Part shown: positions 10,134 to 20,491 of the stretch, in pieces | Position numbering within the stretch: position 1 is the stretch's first letter | Layout of the letters: the number at the start of each line of letters is the position of its first letter | From: a virus | Lineage: Duplodnaviria > Heunggongvirae > Uroviricota > Caudoviricetes | Reading direction: 5' to 3' (one strand) | DNA: 64,000 nt | IMG/VR virus record: IMGVR_UViG_3300042892_003674 | Made by a program: the position numbers and the translations under genes | The notes under the pieces: generated by a model | What the model was told of the DNA's origin: nothing | Seen by the model: only the letters and a program-made list of their open reading frames with translations | Database searches by the model: none

Positions 10134-10854
10134 ATTTTGGTTCTATTTTTCCTTCAAATGATAGTCCTTTTAATTGACCATTGATTGTGTTGCAAATAAC
10201 TTCTGATCCATTGACTGTATTTTCTAAAATTGACATAATAATATTTAGTATAGAATAAACTTTTAATAAATTTTTATCACTATCATAAAATTGTGATGAA
10301 CATATACCTTCAACTAAGTCAATAGTTAGTAAAATATTATCATTATTCTTAACTTTCATTTTTTCGATAATAATCGGTGTTATACCTACTTCAACCATCT
10401 CTCTCTCATAATCATAAACTGTTTGATTTATTAAGTTAAGAAATGATTTAAGTATTTGAGGCTCATCCATTTTTTCATATGATTTATCAGATACAAACTT
10501 TTCAATATTTCTTTTATAGTTTTTTAAAAATATTGTTAGATATTTTCTAAATACAACAGTTCTATATTCCGTTGAGAATTGAAATGTAGGAACTTTTGAA
10601 TAAGTCCAAAAGTCAATATAATTAAATATATCATGATTTTCAATATCAGATACATTTATCTTTCTTACAGAAGCTTCAACATTTTTTATCTTATTTGACA
10701 TAAACTTATCCATAAACCAATCAGATACCTTACCCATTAAAGTACCAAACCAGTCACTTTTAATTAGTGTATAAATACCAAATAAAAATGATGATAATAT
10801 AACACCTTTTATTCCATGTTTCTCAATAAGTGTAACCAAGTCAGTAAAGTTCAT
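10132..10854 (-). CDS. membrane-anchored hypothetical protein
   Basis: 240 aa; single N-terminal hydrophobic segment GVILSSFLFGIYTLI. Confidence 0.5.
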   Translation of the reverse strand: MNFTDLVTLIEKHGIKGVILSSFLFGIYTLIKSDWFGTLMGKVSDWFMDKFMSNKIKNVEASVRKINVSDIENHDIFNYIDFWTYSKVPTFQFSTEYRTVVFRKYLTIFLKNYKRNIEKFVSDKSYEKMDEPQILKSFLNLINQTVYDYEREMVEVGITPIIIEKMKVKNNDNILLTIDLVEGICSSQFYDSDKNLLKVYSILNIIMSILENTVNGSEVICNTINGQLKGLSFEGKIEPK

Positions 10855-10984
10855 TCATTATAATTATTTTCTGTTAGTTATATATAAAGATCCGAAACTA
10901 AAAAAGATAAAACTGTGTGTTTTTATTGAATTTTGAGTTAGTGAATAAAATAATTTAATATATAATAAAAATTAAATAAACATT

Positions 10985-11311
10985 ATGAGTTTAAGACAAA
11001 ATATAAATAAAGTTCACTTTGATCTTACAAATAGATTTGAAGAAGTAACTATTACTGAGAAGACTGATTTAAAGCTAGGTCACTACTTTGAACTATCAAT
11101 ATTAGAAAATAATAAAGAAGTTAAAGTTATTCTTAGAAAGACTGAAGTAGAAAAAAATGTATTTGAATGGTCTTATTTTTCAAATCCATTAAGTGAGAGT
11201 TCTGACTTAGTAGAAAGAAGTTCAAAAATTGAGATGTTTTCATTAGACATTCAAGAAATTATAGAGAAAAATAGATTTGATTCTGATTATCTTAACAAAA
11301 TAAATAACTAA
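10985..11311 (+). CDS. hypothetical protein
   Basis: 108 aa ORF with ATATATA motif upstream. Confidence 0.55.
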   Translation: MSLRQNINKVHFDLTNRFEEVTITEKTDLKLGHYFELSILENNKEVKVILRKTEVEKNVFEWSYFSNPLSESSDLVERSSKIEMFSLDIQEIIEKNRFDSDYLNKINN

Positions 11312-11316
11312 TAAAA

Positions 11317-13041
11317 ATGCTGAATTTTACTGCAATAACATTTACTAATATTAAGTTTGAGATAGAGAACTATTTAAAAAGTGAATATAACAAAGCTAAT
11401 ATACTTTTCTCACCTGCTTCTCCATACGGTCAAATATTGTCTGTTATTGAGAATTTACATCAATTGTCATTTATGTATTTAAAGAATACTATTGATAAAC
11501 TTGATTTGAGTATAGTAAACTCAAGTAATGAAAGAGTTATTAGAAATGCGGCACTTCTAGCAGGGCATATTCCTGGTAGAGGTATTTCTGCAACTGGTAC
11601 TTTAAGATTTACTTTAAAATCATCTGTTGATATTCCAACAGATATACCTGGTAGTAGAATTACATTGATAAACAAGACATTACTTAAAAATAAAACAAAT
11701 TCTTTAGATTATTCATTAAATTTAGGTTCAGATACTATTACACATAGAATAACACCAAATTATCAATTTTTCTTACCAATTATACAAGGTAAGTGGGAAA
11801 CTAAATTTTATACTGGTACTGGTGCATTTCTACAAACATTAGGTGTTAAAGAATTAGGAAGAAAAGATATAGAGAACTTTAATATAGAAGTTTCTGTAAA
11901 TGGAACTCTAATGTCATTAAAAAAACATATATGGGATATGTTACCAGATGAAATGGCTTGTGTTGTTAGGACGGGTTTTGATGGTGGTATTGATATTGTT
12001 TTTGGTAATGAAGGTTTTGGTTATATTCCACCGATTGGTTCATCAATTCAAGTAAAATACTTAATTACAGATGGTTCATTAGGTAATATTTTTAGAAGAA
12101 CATTAAATGACTTTAAGTTTATAGATGATATTTTAGGTGCGGATGGAGAAACAATAAATGTTGATAAAGTATTTAATGTTGAGATTTACACAGATATAAA
12201 TTTTGGTGCAGATAAGGAAAGTTTATTATTTACTAAAAATATTCTACCAATTGCAAGTAATAATTTTGTTCTAGGATTACCACAACAATATGCTTATGCT
12301 ATAAAAAGACTAGGTGTTTTTTCACACGTAAACGCATATGAGAGTACTGGAACTATTTTTATAGTTGCTACTCCAAACATTAGATTATTTAAAAATCAAA
12401 ATGCGGATTACTTTACAATTGATATAAGAGCATTTGATTTAGATAATTATGAGAAATCAAAAATTGATAAGTATTTAAGAACAGGTGGTAATATCCAACT
12501 AACAAGAAAATACAAAGTAGTTTCTCCAAAAATTTCATATTATATAATGAATGTTTTTGTAATTAGTTATTCTGATACAACTGATGACTCGGTAAATGCA
12601 CAAATATTAGATAGAATATCTAATTACTTCTTGGATCTATCAAGAATCGATAGAGTTCCTAAACTAGATATTATTAGAGAGTTATCATCAATTACTGATA
12701 TTCACTCGGTTGATATTCAATTTGTGTCTAAAAAGAATGAGGATTATCACAATGAGAACATTACAATGGCTTCTAATAAAGTAAACAAATATGCTTCTAG
12801 TTTCAATACGGATATATCTACTGCTACATTAGTTCCTGGTTACAATCCTTATAGTGTTGTTGGACTAGATCCTGTTTTAGGAGACATTATATTTGAACCA
12901 AATGAAATACCTGTAATAAGAGGTGGTTGGTTTGATAGAAATGGTGTTTATTATTCAGATAGTATTGATGGTACTGGACTACGTTCAGTAAATATCATTA
13001 AGAAAGGCACAGTCGATTCAAAAAATAGACCTAATGTATAA
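11317..13041 (+). CDS. baseplate wedge subunit (T4 gp6-like)
   Basis: 574 aa; A-x-L-A-G-H-x-P-x-R-xx-SA-x-G, IVFGNEGFGYIPP, I-x-V-x-YL-x-TDG, GADKES motifs typical of gp6/baseplate J-like proteins. Confidence 0.8.
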   Translation: MLNFTAITFTNIKFEIENYLKSEYNKANILFSPASPYGQILSVIENLHQLSFMYLKNTIDKLDLSIVNSSNERVIRNAALLAGHIPGRGISATGTLRFTLKSSVDIPTDIPGSRITLINKTLLKNKTNSLDYSLNLGSDTITHRITPNYQFFLPIIQGKWETKFYTGTGAFLQTLGVKELGRKDIENFNIEVSVNGTLMSLKKHIWDMLPDEMACVVRTGFDGGIDIVFGNEGFGYIPPIGSSIQVKYLITDGSLGNIFRRTLNDFKFIDDILGADGETINVDKVFNVEIYTDINFGADKESLLFTKNILPIASNNFVLGLPQQYAYAIKRLGVFSHVNAYESTGTIFIVATPNIRLFKNQNADYFTIDIRAFDLDNYEKSKIDKYLRTGGNIQLTRKYKVVSPKISYYIMNVFVISYSDTTDDSVNAQILDRISNYFLDLSRIDRVPKLDIIRELSSITDIHSVDIQFVSKKNEDYHNENITMASNKVNKYASSFNTDISTATLVPGYNPYSVVGLDPVLGDIIFEPNEIPVIRGGWFDRNGVYYSDSIDGTGLRSVNIIKKGTVDSKNRPNV

Positions 13042-13286
13042 TGTTATATCAAAGAAAACAATTACCTGAGTTATATTATATTAAACATAGACATGATACT
13101 GATCAAGATTTTGTAGATTATGAGAAAAATATCCTAAATAAATCCTTATCACCTTATATGTATGAGAATAATATGATGAATGGATTTTTAACAAGGTTAC
13201 AACCACTGGTTGCACTTCTATTTGATCAGATGAATATAGTTAAAAACTTCAAAAACTATATGGTTGATAAAGATTGGTATAAATAA
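13041..13286 (+). CDS. small putative baseplate-associated protein
   Basis: 81 aa, translationally coupled to the gp6-like gene. Confidence 0.4.
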   Translation: MLYQRKQLPELYYIKHRHDTDQDFVDYEKNILNKSLSPYMYENNMMNGFLTRLQPLVALLFDQMNIVKNFKNYMVDKDWYK

Positions 13287-13352
13287 TATTGAAAAATAAA
13301 GAAAACCATTTATAATATATAATATATAATAGACAAACAAAAAGTAAATAAC

Positions 13353-13991
13353 ATGGCAGATAGTAAAAAAATAGTAGGCTTTAAGAAGTTTTCAGATATT
13401 AAAGCTAATTCTAGTAAAATAGAAGAAGTTGATCCTTCATTGGATTTGGCTCCTGAGACTGATTCTGACAGACCAATGATTCCTAATGTATCATCTACTA
13501 CTAAAAAAGTAGAGAAACCTATATCTCAAAAGAATATTCAACCAACAGAACATGATGATGATTTTGAGCAAGATGAGGAGAATGATGAATATCCAGAAGG
13601 ACTTCCTAAAAATGAAGATGTAAAAACATACGGTAGAGTTGCAAGATTCCCTAAAAATGTTCAAGCTTCAAAAGCATTTAACTTTCTTGAGAATGTTAAG
13701 GTATCAAAAAAATCTATTTGGTACATTATGGTTGAGAAATTAGATAATGAACTTCAAATGGTTAAATATAATCATAAAGAAGGAGTTGATCTTAATAAAT
13801 TTGTAAATGAATTAAAATCATACTATATTACTAAATATAAAGATCCTAAGATTAAAAGTCTTATTGAATCAATTTATGTTGATGGTAATGATAAATATTC
13901 AATGGTTAAAAATATACCTTTAGTAGAAGTTGAGGGTAAAAAATTGATTACTAAAATCACAGAAGATTTGATAAAATTATTAAGTAAATAA
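13353..13991 (+). CDS. hypothetical protein with acidic linker and offset leader-like motif
   Basis: 212 aa; KKIVGFKKFSD near N-terminus; ATATATA upstream. Confidence 0.5.
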   Translation: MADSKKIVGFKKFSDIKANSSKIEEVDPSLDLAPETDSDRPMIPNVSSTTKKVEKPISQKNIQPTEHDDDFEQDEENDEYPEGLPKNEDVKTYGRVARFPKNVQASKAFNFLENVKVSKKSIWYIMVEKLDNELQMVKYNHKEGVDLNKFVNELKSYYITKYKDPKIKSLIESIYVDGNDKYSMVKNIPLVEVEGKKLITKITEDLIKLLSK

Positions 13992-14327
13992 ATGAAAAAC
14001 CTATTATCATTTGACCTTTTTGAAGGTAAAGCTGAGAAAGCATCTAAAAATCCTTATGGAAATAAAACTAAAGAGGATAAAAAAGATCAATTAAGAAAAG
14101 CAGTTGAAGATCATATCAAGACTAAAGATTGTAAAGCTAAACAAGTTGGTGATGATTTTGAAATTCATTGTGATCAAAAACAAAAACATATTGGACAAGT
14201 TATGTTCCGTAATGATGTAATAACTGTTAAGAAAAAAGGAGAAAAATTCGGTGAAGAATTTAAGTATAATGAATTAGGTAAAATTAAAGCAGAAATAACT
14301 TCAGTTATCAAAGACTGTTGTGAATAA
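13992..14327 (+). CDS. hypothetical protein with capsid-targeting-like leader
   Basis: starts MKNLLSFDLFEG. Confidence 0.55.
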   Translation: MKNLLSFDLFEGKAEKASKNPYGNKTKEDKKDQLRKAVEDHIKTKDCKAKQVGDDFEIHCDQKQKHIGQVMFRNDVITVKKKGEKFGEEFKYNELGKIKAEITSVIKDCCE

Positions 14328-14368
14328 TAAATAGAAAGAACCACACTAGAAAGAGTATTTCTAGTCAG

Positions 14369-14400
14369 ACACCACTTGAAAAAGTGGTGTTTCTTTTTTT
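14369..14400 (+). terminator. intrinsic terminator
   Basis: ACACCACTT-GAAA-AAGTGGTGT then T-tract. Confidence 0.75.
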
Positions 14401-14411
14401 ATATATAATGT

Positions 14412-15152
14412 ATGGATAAATTAAAAAGACTTTATAACTATCTTAAAAAGAATAATAAAAAGAAAATTCTTTTCCTAACTACATCTAATAGATGGGAGGG
14501 AGACAAAGAACTACCTAAATCATCCATAATTGCGGATGAATTGATAAAGAAATTAGGTTCTGACAATATTACTCTTATTAATGTTTCAAAACTTAAAATA
14601 TTTCCGTGTGAGGGAAATGTATCAACTAAAAGGGGAAATACCTGTGGTCTTAAACAAGCAAAGCTAGATGATAGAATAAAAAATCCTACAGGAGATATTA
14701 GATGTTGGGCGGCATTGAATAATAAAACTGATGAGATGTACAAAGTGGCAAATGCTATTTTTGATGCAGATATAATAATATTTTTTGGATCTATACGTTG
14801 GGGTAAAATGAATTCTATTTACGGTGAATTGATTGAAAGATTAACTTGGTTAGAGAACAGACATGCAACTCTTGGGGAGTCTAATTTATTAAAAAATAAA
14901 GAATGTGGTATTATTGCAACTGGTCACAATTGGAATGGTAAAGAAGCAATAAAATTAGAAAAAGAAGTATTGGGATTCTTTGGATTTAAGACACCTGATA
15001 TTCTATCATTTAATTGGCAATGGACTAAAGATAAGTTTGATGAAAGTAAGAAAGGTTATCTTGAAGATTTTGGTGACTTTCTAAAGGAGTTTGATTTCGT
15101 AGAAACACTTAATGAAAGTATAATTAGATTTAAAGAATGGATGAAAAAATAA
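14412..15152 (+). CDS. flavodoxin-like NAD(P)H-dependent FMN reductase (WrbA/iron-sulfur flavoprotein family)
   Basis: ILFLTTSNR, IFPCEG..C..C, ADIIIFFGSIRWG, LIERL, K..GIIATG motifs. Confidence 0.75.
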   Translation: MDKLKRLYNYLKKNNKKKILFLTTSNRWEGDKELPKSSIIADELIKKLGSDNITLINVSKLKIFPCEGNVSTKRGNTCGLKQAKLDDRIKNPTGDIRCWAALNNKTDEMYKVANAIFDADIIIFFGSIRWGKMNSIYGELIERLTWLENRHATLGESNLLKNKECGIIATGHNWNGKEAIKLEKEVLGFFGFKTPDILSFNWQWTKDKFDESKKGYLEDFGDFLKEFDFVETLNESIIRFKEWMKK

Positions 15153-15180
15153 AAATCACTCAAATGAGTGATTTTTTTTT
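15151..15180. terminator. bidirectional intrinsic terminator
   Basis: AAAAATCACTCA-AA-TGAGTGATTTTT between convergent genes. Confidence 0.8.
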
Positions 15181-15598
15181 ATACTTTTAAAGAATTTAGT
15201 TTTTGAACTTCTCTATTATATCTAGCGGTTTCTTTTTGAACTTCACTATCTATATGTTGATTCCATTTTTCACTTATATCAATAACTACAAAGGCATATT
15301 GTGAAGTGTCAAAATTAAAAGATGTTGTCCATCTTCCATTTAGTATATAACCCTCTACTAATCTCATTGACTTACCTGAGTATTTAATATTTATTTTAGC
15401 ACATTCTCTACTTGCACCACCTAAAGTTTTATAAGCCTTTGTATGTAAGCTAATTTCTTTTTTAAGTTTACCATTTTTATTCCAAATAAACTCAAATGGT
15501 ATATCAAAAACTTCATCAGAGTCACTTAATAGTGACCCTAACTTAGCTTCTCTTTGTGCTGCTTTACTTACTATTGCTAGTGTATACATTTTACCCAT
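15179..15598 (-). CDS. hypothetical protein (N-proximal RxxKLxxLL motif)
   Basis: 139 aa; REAKLGSLL near N-terminus. Confidence 0.55.
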   Translation of the reverse strand: MGKMYTLAIVSKAAQREAKLGSLLSDSDEVFDIPFEFIWNKNGKLKKEISLHTKAYKTLGGASRECAKINIKYSGKSMRLVEGYILNGRWTTSFNFDTSQYAFVVIDISEKWNQHIDSEVQKETARYNREVQKLNSLKV

Positions 15599-16773
15599 TA
15601 TTTAAAGAATTGTCCGTTCATTTCAATTTTTTGTAAATCTTCTGGAGTAAATGCGGTAGGATTACTTTTAACAGCATTAGTTATTTGAACGTAAACCTTT
15701 TTAGCTTCATCTGCACGTCCTGTGTAGAAACAAGCTGCAGCATGTGCCTCTGCAAATTTCCAAACGTAAAGAGATTCATCTACGAATAATAACTTTTTTG
15801 GATAAGGATTTTTATTATGAAAGTTTTCATAAGCAAACTTAGTATATAAGTAAGCTAAGTGCCATTCTCCAACTTGTAAGTAATAATCAATAATTGTTTT
15901 AATTGATTCACCTCTTAAAGGATCAACTGCATATGCTTTCAAACATTGTTGTAATGTTAGACTCCAAGGTTGTTCTAAAGTTCTCATAATAGTACCCATA
16001 CGGTAGTGTGAATAATATATTTCTTCAATATATCCATCAGTTCTCTCAGTTCTTTCTTTATAATATTTTAAAGAACGTCTTAGTCTTTCTTCATTTTCTT
16101 CCTTGTTATCTGGAATAGATGCTGAGTCATGGTATGATTGTGCAGTATAGAAAATCCATCTTGGATCTTGACGACTTTCATTTATATAAGCTTCTAATTT
16201 ATGTGAGTGTGATAAATATTTTTCTGATACTTTACCTTGCCAAGAAGCACCATCCATACTTACGTTTACTGCAATACCTGCTGCTAAACCAGAAGTAATG
16301 TTTTGATCATCACATACAATAAACTCGTGGATCGGTCCATACCAGCGAAACGGTTTAGAAACTTTAAAGAAAGTATTTCTTGTGTATTTCATTTGACCAA
16401 TATAAGTATTGATCATATAAAGATCTGCAGTGAATTGATTTTTGTTAAAAGTTGGTTCGATAAGTAAATTCTCATCACAGTCAAACCAATATCCGTGTAC
16501 CTTATCTGCATCCCACTTTAACTCAGCGACAACTTCTCTAAGTTTTTCCATTGCCCAAGTTCTACTTTTTTCAAAGTCATCAAAAGGTCTTTCAAAGACA
16601 TATGTTGGTATATTATTTTCTTCACCAAATTTTCGGATCATATCTTGTGTTCCATCAGTAGAACCTGTGTCATTTACAACAATCAAATCTGTTATTGTTT
16701 TGGCACTATTAAGCATTCTTTCAATTACATGTGATTCATTTTTACATATAAAATTTAAGGCTAATTTCCCCAT
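15598..16773 (-). CDS. family 2 glycosyltransferase with TPR-like C-terminus
   Basis: ICKNES, VNDTGSTDGT, DCDE (DxD), PIHE, followed by helical repeats. Confidence 0.85.
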   Translation of the reverse strand: MGKLALNFICKNESHVIERMLNSAKTITDLIVVNDTGSTDGTQDMIRKFGEENNIPTYVFERPFDDFEKSRTWAMEKLREVVAELKWDADKVHGYWFDCDENLLIEPTFNKNQFTADLYMINTYIGQMKYTRNTFFKVSKPFRWYGPIHEFIVCDDQNITSGLAAGIAVNVSMDGASWQGKVSEKYLSHSHKLEAYINESRQDPRWIFYTAQSYHDSASIPDNKEENEERLRRSLKYYKERTERTDGYIEEIYYSHYRMGTIMRTLEQPWSLTLQQCLKAYAVDPLRGESIKTIIDYYLQVGEWHLAYLYTKFAYENFHNKNPYPKKLLFVDESLYVWKFAEAHAAACFYTGRADEAKKVYVQITNAVKSNPTAFTPEDLQKIEMNGQFFK

Positions 16774-16858
16774 TTAATTAAATTATTTTTTAATTATAGA
16801 AGAAAAGGAAAATAAGTTTTATTATTTAATATATAGTTTAATAAAAAGTTTGTATATT

Positions 16859-17290
16859 ATGAAATATTTAAAAATGTTTAATGAAATGTTAGATCCAATG
16901 GGAAGTTGGAATCCTAGTCAATTAGATAATAAAGAGGATGAGTACGATGGAGTACCTTCAAGTTATGATGAGGATGGTGAAATTATTATTGAAGATGATG
17001 CAGATGATTTTTGTACTAAATGTGATTGTATACCTTGTCAATGTACTGATGAAGAATATGATGAGGATTTAAGAGAGAATAGTAATAGAGGAACTTTTGG
17101 TTACTTTAATACAATGACTAAAGAAGAACTACTTGATTATCAAAAGAATTTTGAACATGATTTTGAAAATCCTGCTGAACACGATCCAGAATATGTAGCT
17201 TGGAAAACAGCGTGTGAACTTAAAGGATGTTTTGAAAGAGAACCATTTGCACGTACTAGAAAAGAAAGTGAGTTTCCTAGTAAATACTAA
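16859..17290 (+). CDS. acidic hypothetical protein with capsid-targeting-like leader and Cys cluster
   Basis: ATG at 16859, MKYLKMFNEM; CTKCDCIPCQC. Confidence 0.55.
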   Translation: MKYLKMFNEMLDPMGSWNPSQLDNKEDEYDGVPSSYDEDGEIIIEDDADDFCTKCDCIPCQCTDEEYDEDLRENSNRGTFGYFNTMTKEELLDYQKNFEHDFENPAEHDPEYVAWKTACELKGCFEREPFARTRKESEFPSKY

Positions 17291-17291
17291 C

Positions 17292-17318
17292 AAAAAAGAG
17301 AGCTAATGCTCTCTTTTT
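17292..17318. terminator. bidirectional intrinsic terminator
   Basis: AAAAAAGAGAGC-TAAT-GCTCTCTTTTT. Confidence 0.85.
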
Positions 17319-17595
17319 ATTTTAAAATTTCGTTTATTTTTATATCACGTAAAGCTTTTCTACTTATCATATAACTTTTATGAACTTTTATAATTTGATT
17401 CCAACCTATACCATCTAATGAATGTGTTGCAACAAACAAATCATCATAAGTTATAGATTTTATAGTATATTCAACATCATCTTTTATTGATCTTGGATGT
17501 CCTCTAGAGTTTCTTCTAAAACAGATTACTTTATCACCTACTTTATAATCAACACTACCATTTTTTATATGTCCTATTAAGTTCCCAGTATCCAT
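17317..17595 (-). CDS. hypothetical protein with C-terminal RxxKIxxIL tag
   Basis: ends RDIKINEILK; SH3-like YKVGDKVIC start. Confidence 0.55.
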   Translation of the reverse strand: MDTGNLIGHIKNGSVDYKVGDKVICFRRNSRGHPRSIKDDVEYTIKSITYDDLFVATHSLDGIGWNQIIKVHKSYMISRKALRDIKINEILK

Positions 17596-18608
17596 TTTGA
17601 ATCGTGATTTACGTTAGTATCATAAAGTGCATATTCTACTTCAACCTTTTCAAACCCAAATTTATCTTCATTAAGTAAAAACTTAATCAATTCAACATCA
17701 CGTTCAAAATCTTCTTTACAAGTCATACTATCTCTATAAGTAAGCATATTCACAAACTTACTACCATCCTTAGATTTCTTAAAGAAGTTTTGTGATAATT
17801 TACAAGTACCACCTAATTCTATTTGTGATGGTCTACTAAATCCTCTACTCGGTGAAAAGAAACCGGCATTTAATTCTTCAACTAAACCTTCTAAATAAGG
17901 CTTTTCCTCTGGTGAGATAACAACACCAATATGACTCTCAAAGTAACACCCATTTGGTATAGGTTCGCCAGTATTAAAGGTAGGTGCTGCAGGGTGCCAA
18001 GGAACTGTTTCTATCTTCTTTCTGACAACTTTATACCCAAGTGATGTTAGTTCATTAGTAATACGATTTGCTTCTTCATAAGCACTCCTATTGTCTCCAA
18101 AGTGTTTTGAACTTGTCATTACATCTTTTAAAGTTCCTTCTTTCATTTCTAAATCTAAAACAATTGGTTTTACACCAATTTCTTTACAATCATCAATAAA
18201 TTCATCATTGGTAAAAGTCCAACTAAAGTCTAGCTTACTTTTGTTGAATAACATATCTGCTTTAACCGTAATATGTATTTCAAAAGGAAGTGGAAATGTT
18301 GCTTCTTCCTCTTTTAATTGAAGTTCTGCCCATTTTTTAGATTTTTTATTTAACATATCATTCATTTCTTCATCAGTAAATCCTAATGAATGTGCGATAG
18401 AAATGTTTGTTAAATAAACATCAACAATCTCTTCTAAGATTTGTTCTCTGTCTGAGAAACGGTGATTAGTTCCTGGTGCAGAATCATATGGTAGAATAGC
18501 ACGAGCTAATTCACCTACTTCTTCTGCAAGTTTTAATCCTTTCTGTGAAAGTGTTTTCTTATCTTTAATTGATAAGTCTTTTATAAAATCATCTAAAAAT
18601 TTATTCAT
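17577..18608 (-). CDS. MazG-like NTP pyrophosphohydrolase fused to an uncharacterised domain
   Basis: KLAEEVGELA...EEIVDV MazG motif; C-terminal domain with EIHITV / KIETVPW / YFESH. Confidence 0.75.
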   Translation of the reverse strand: MNKFLDDFIKDLSIKDKKTLSQKGLKLAEEVGELARAILPYDSAPGTNHRFSDREQILEEIVDVYLTNISIAHSLGFTDEEMNDMLNKKSKKWAELQLKEEEATFPLPFEIHITVKADMLFNKSKLDFSWTFTNDEFIDDCKEIGVKPIVLDLEMKEGTLKDVMTSSKHFGDNRSAYEEANRITNELTSLGYKVVRKKIETVPWHPAAPTFNTGEPIPNGCYFESHIGVVISPEEKPYLEGLVEELNAGFFSPSRGFSRPSQIELGGTCKLSQNFFKKSKDGSKFVNMLTYRDSMTCKEDFERDVELIKFLLNEDKFGFEKVEVEYALYDTNVNHDSKWILGT

Positions 18609-19189
18609 TATATGTGCATAAGTAAGTTAAATCTCATTGTTAAAGCAGATAAATCGTCTGCGTGTTTTTGTTTCTCATTTCTATTTGTAGAACTATCCTC
18701 AATCATTTTCAACTTCTCATTGATAACATAAGTGAAGGGTGTAATTCTAATACCATTTTGCTCAATAAACTCTGGTAATTCATCAACAATAATTAAATGA
18801 ACATCAACTGCACCACGTCTTATAATATCATCTGAATAATCAGGGTAAGAAGTCCAAAGTTGCTTCTTAATACTAATTACACTATCAGTTAAATTATACC
18901 TAAATTTAAAGTGATCACAGATTTGAAAAGCCATTTCCTTTGTAATTAAAAAGTCAAAGTCATTTGGTCTTCTATCCATCATTTCTTTACCATTTATACT
19001 ACAACACTTCAAAGCACGAGAACCGGTAAGTACACCACCAAGATTGGTGACATACTTAATCAGTTTCCAGTTAAGTTTTAAAAATTGATACTTACTTCTA
19101 CTTTTAGACGTATCATATTGAACATTATAACCACCGGTTAACATATTCAGATTGATGTCTCTCACGTAAGCCTTTAACGTCATTGTCAT
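18608..19189 (-). CDS. putative nucleotidyltransferase (Pol-beta superfamily)
   Basis: VLTGSRAL...NDFDF; C-terminal KHADDL. Confidence 0.6.
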   Translation of the reverse strand: MTMTLKAYVRDINLNMLTGGYNVQYDTSKSRSKYQFLKLNWKLIKYVTNLGGVLTGSRALKCCSINGKEMMDRRPNDFDFLITKEMAFQICDHFKFRYNLTDSVISIKKQLWTSYPDYSDDIIRRGAVDVHLIIVDELPEFIEQNGIRITPFTYVINEKLKMIEDSSTNRNEKQKHADDLSALTMRFNLLMHI

Positions 19190-20148
19190 TATATCATGTT
19201 TATTTCGTGAATACTTCTTTTTGTTGTTAAACCCCAGATAGTTCTAGCGATTATGTTATCACAAGAGATAACTTTTAACTTATCTCCTATTTGATCTTTC
19301 TCTTTTTGTAAAGTTGATGGAATACTATCTGAAACCATTAGTTCTGTTAGTTGTGAAGTGTATAAGTTCTCCATTGCAGCACCACTTAATATACCGTGTG
19401 TTGCAATAGCTCTCACAGACTTTGCACCTTTCTCCATAATAAGTTCTGAAGCTTTTTTAAGTGTTCCTAATGTATCTGCCATATCATCTACAATAACAAC
19501 GTTTCTACCTTCAACATCACCAACTAATTCCATTGAATGAATTTCATTTGGTTTAATACGTTTTTTGTTTATCATCGCAAATGTAGATTCTGGAAAAGCT
19601 TTACAGAAATCAGATGCTCTTTTCACAGCACCTTGGTCAGGGGCAATAATAGTTAGATCTTCGATTTGATTTTTTCTAATATGTTCGATAAAGATTTTAT
19701 TACCGTTCAAGTGAATGATTGGTACATTATAAAACCCTTGAATAGAAGACGCGTGTAAGTCCACGGTGATTATTCTAGACATACCAACAGTTTCTAATAT
19801 ATCAGCTAACATTTTAGAACCGATTGAAGAACGTAAGTGATCTGTTTTGTCTTGACGTGAATAACCTTGGAAAGGAGTAATAAGTGTAAATGATTTACAA
19901 TCAGCTCTTTTAGCAGCATCGATAACTAATAGTGTTTCCATTATAGTATCAGATGATGTTGTTGATTGTACGAAGAGAATGTCTTCACCTCTAACAGACT
20001 CTTCAAATAGTGGAAGTATCTCACCATCTAGAAATTTGTCTATTTTTAGACGACCTCTACTAAAAGATTCATCTAATGTTTTTTTGTTTAAAATTGCACA
20101 GATACTATCTGCAAGGTCGGGGTTTGATGTTCCACTGAAAATCTTCAT
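19189..20148 (-). CDS. prs: ribose-phosphate pyrophosphokinase
   Basis: FLDGE, YSRQDK, VDLHA, APDQGA, VIVDDMADT, ATHGILSG motifs. Confidence 0.92.
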   Translation of the reverse strand: MKIFSGTSNPDLADSICAILNKKTLDESFSRGRLKIDKFLDGEILPLFEESVRGEDILFVQSTTSSDTIMETLLVIDAAKRADCKSFTLITPFQGYSRQDKTDHLRSSIGSKMLADILETVGMSRIITVDLHASSIQGFYNVPIIHLNGNKIFIEHIRKNQIEDLTIIAPDQGAVKRASDFCKAFPESTFAMINKKRIKPNEIHSMELVGDVEGRNVVIVDDMADTLGTLKKASELIMEKGAKSVRAIATHGILSGAAMENLYTSQLTELMVSDSIPSTLQKEKDQIGDKLKVISCDNIIARTIWGLTTKRSIHEINMI

Positions 20149-20152
20149 AATA

Positions 20153-20473
20153 CTAATTATTTTTATTTAGAATTAAATCTATTGCATTCTCTCTTAAAGT
20201 TTGTTTATTGACTCTAAAATTATGTTGTTTCTTTAATTTATTTATAAAGTGTTTAAAATTAGGTGGATAAAGTGTTATATCTCCCCATCTAGTTTTAGTT
20301 ATTGTTGGTTCTGTTAGTTTATTAAACCGTTTCTCATGTTTCCAAAGAAATAAAACATCATATTGTTTCTTTGGTGATAGTGATTCAAACCAAACAATAT
20401 TTTTACCCATCTTATTTCTAAGAGATTTCAATTCCTTTTTATGTTTTCTCTTTTTTCTTTCCTTCTCTAACAT
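20153..20473 (-). CDS. hypothetical protein with C-terminal R-tag
   Basis: ATG at 20473 (MLEKERK...) just after a TAnnTTTG promoter; ends RENAIDLILNKNN. Confidence 0.55.
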   Translation of the reverse strand: MLEKERKKRKHKKELKSLRNKMGKNIVWFESLSPKKQYDVLFLWKHEKRFNKLTEPTITKTRWGDITLYPPNFKHFINKLKKQHNFRVNKQTLRENAIDLILNKNN

Positions 20474-20477
20474 AGTA

Positions 20478-20485
20478 CAAATATA
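20478..20485 (-). promoter_or_regulatory. Bacteroidota-type -7 promoter element
   Basis: TATATTTG on minus strand, 4 nt before ATG. Confidence 0.6.
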
Positions 20486-20491
20486 CAAAAA

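Noticed and set aside
10132-10854. Holin
   Set aside because: The only support is a single N-terminal hydrophobic segment; no endolysin or spanin is adjacent.
14328-14411. tRNA or structured ncRNA in the intergenic gap
   Set aside because: It has only two short hairpins, the second a terminator; there is no cloverleaf or T-loop motif.
19189-20148. NARP1 NAD-reconstitution pathway (Prs-like Adps plus Nampt-like Namat)
   Set aside because: No nicotinamide phosphoribosyltransferase-like gene is in the window and the protein looks like a conventional Prs; a partner elsewhere cannot be excluded.
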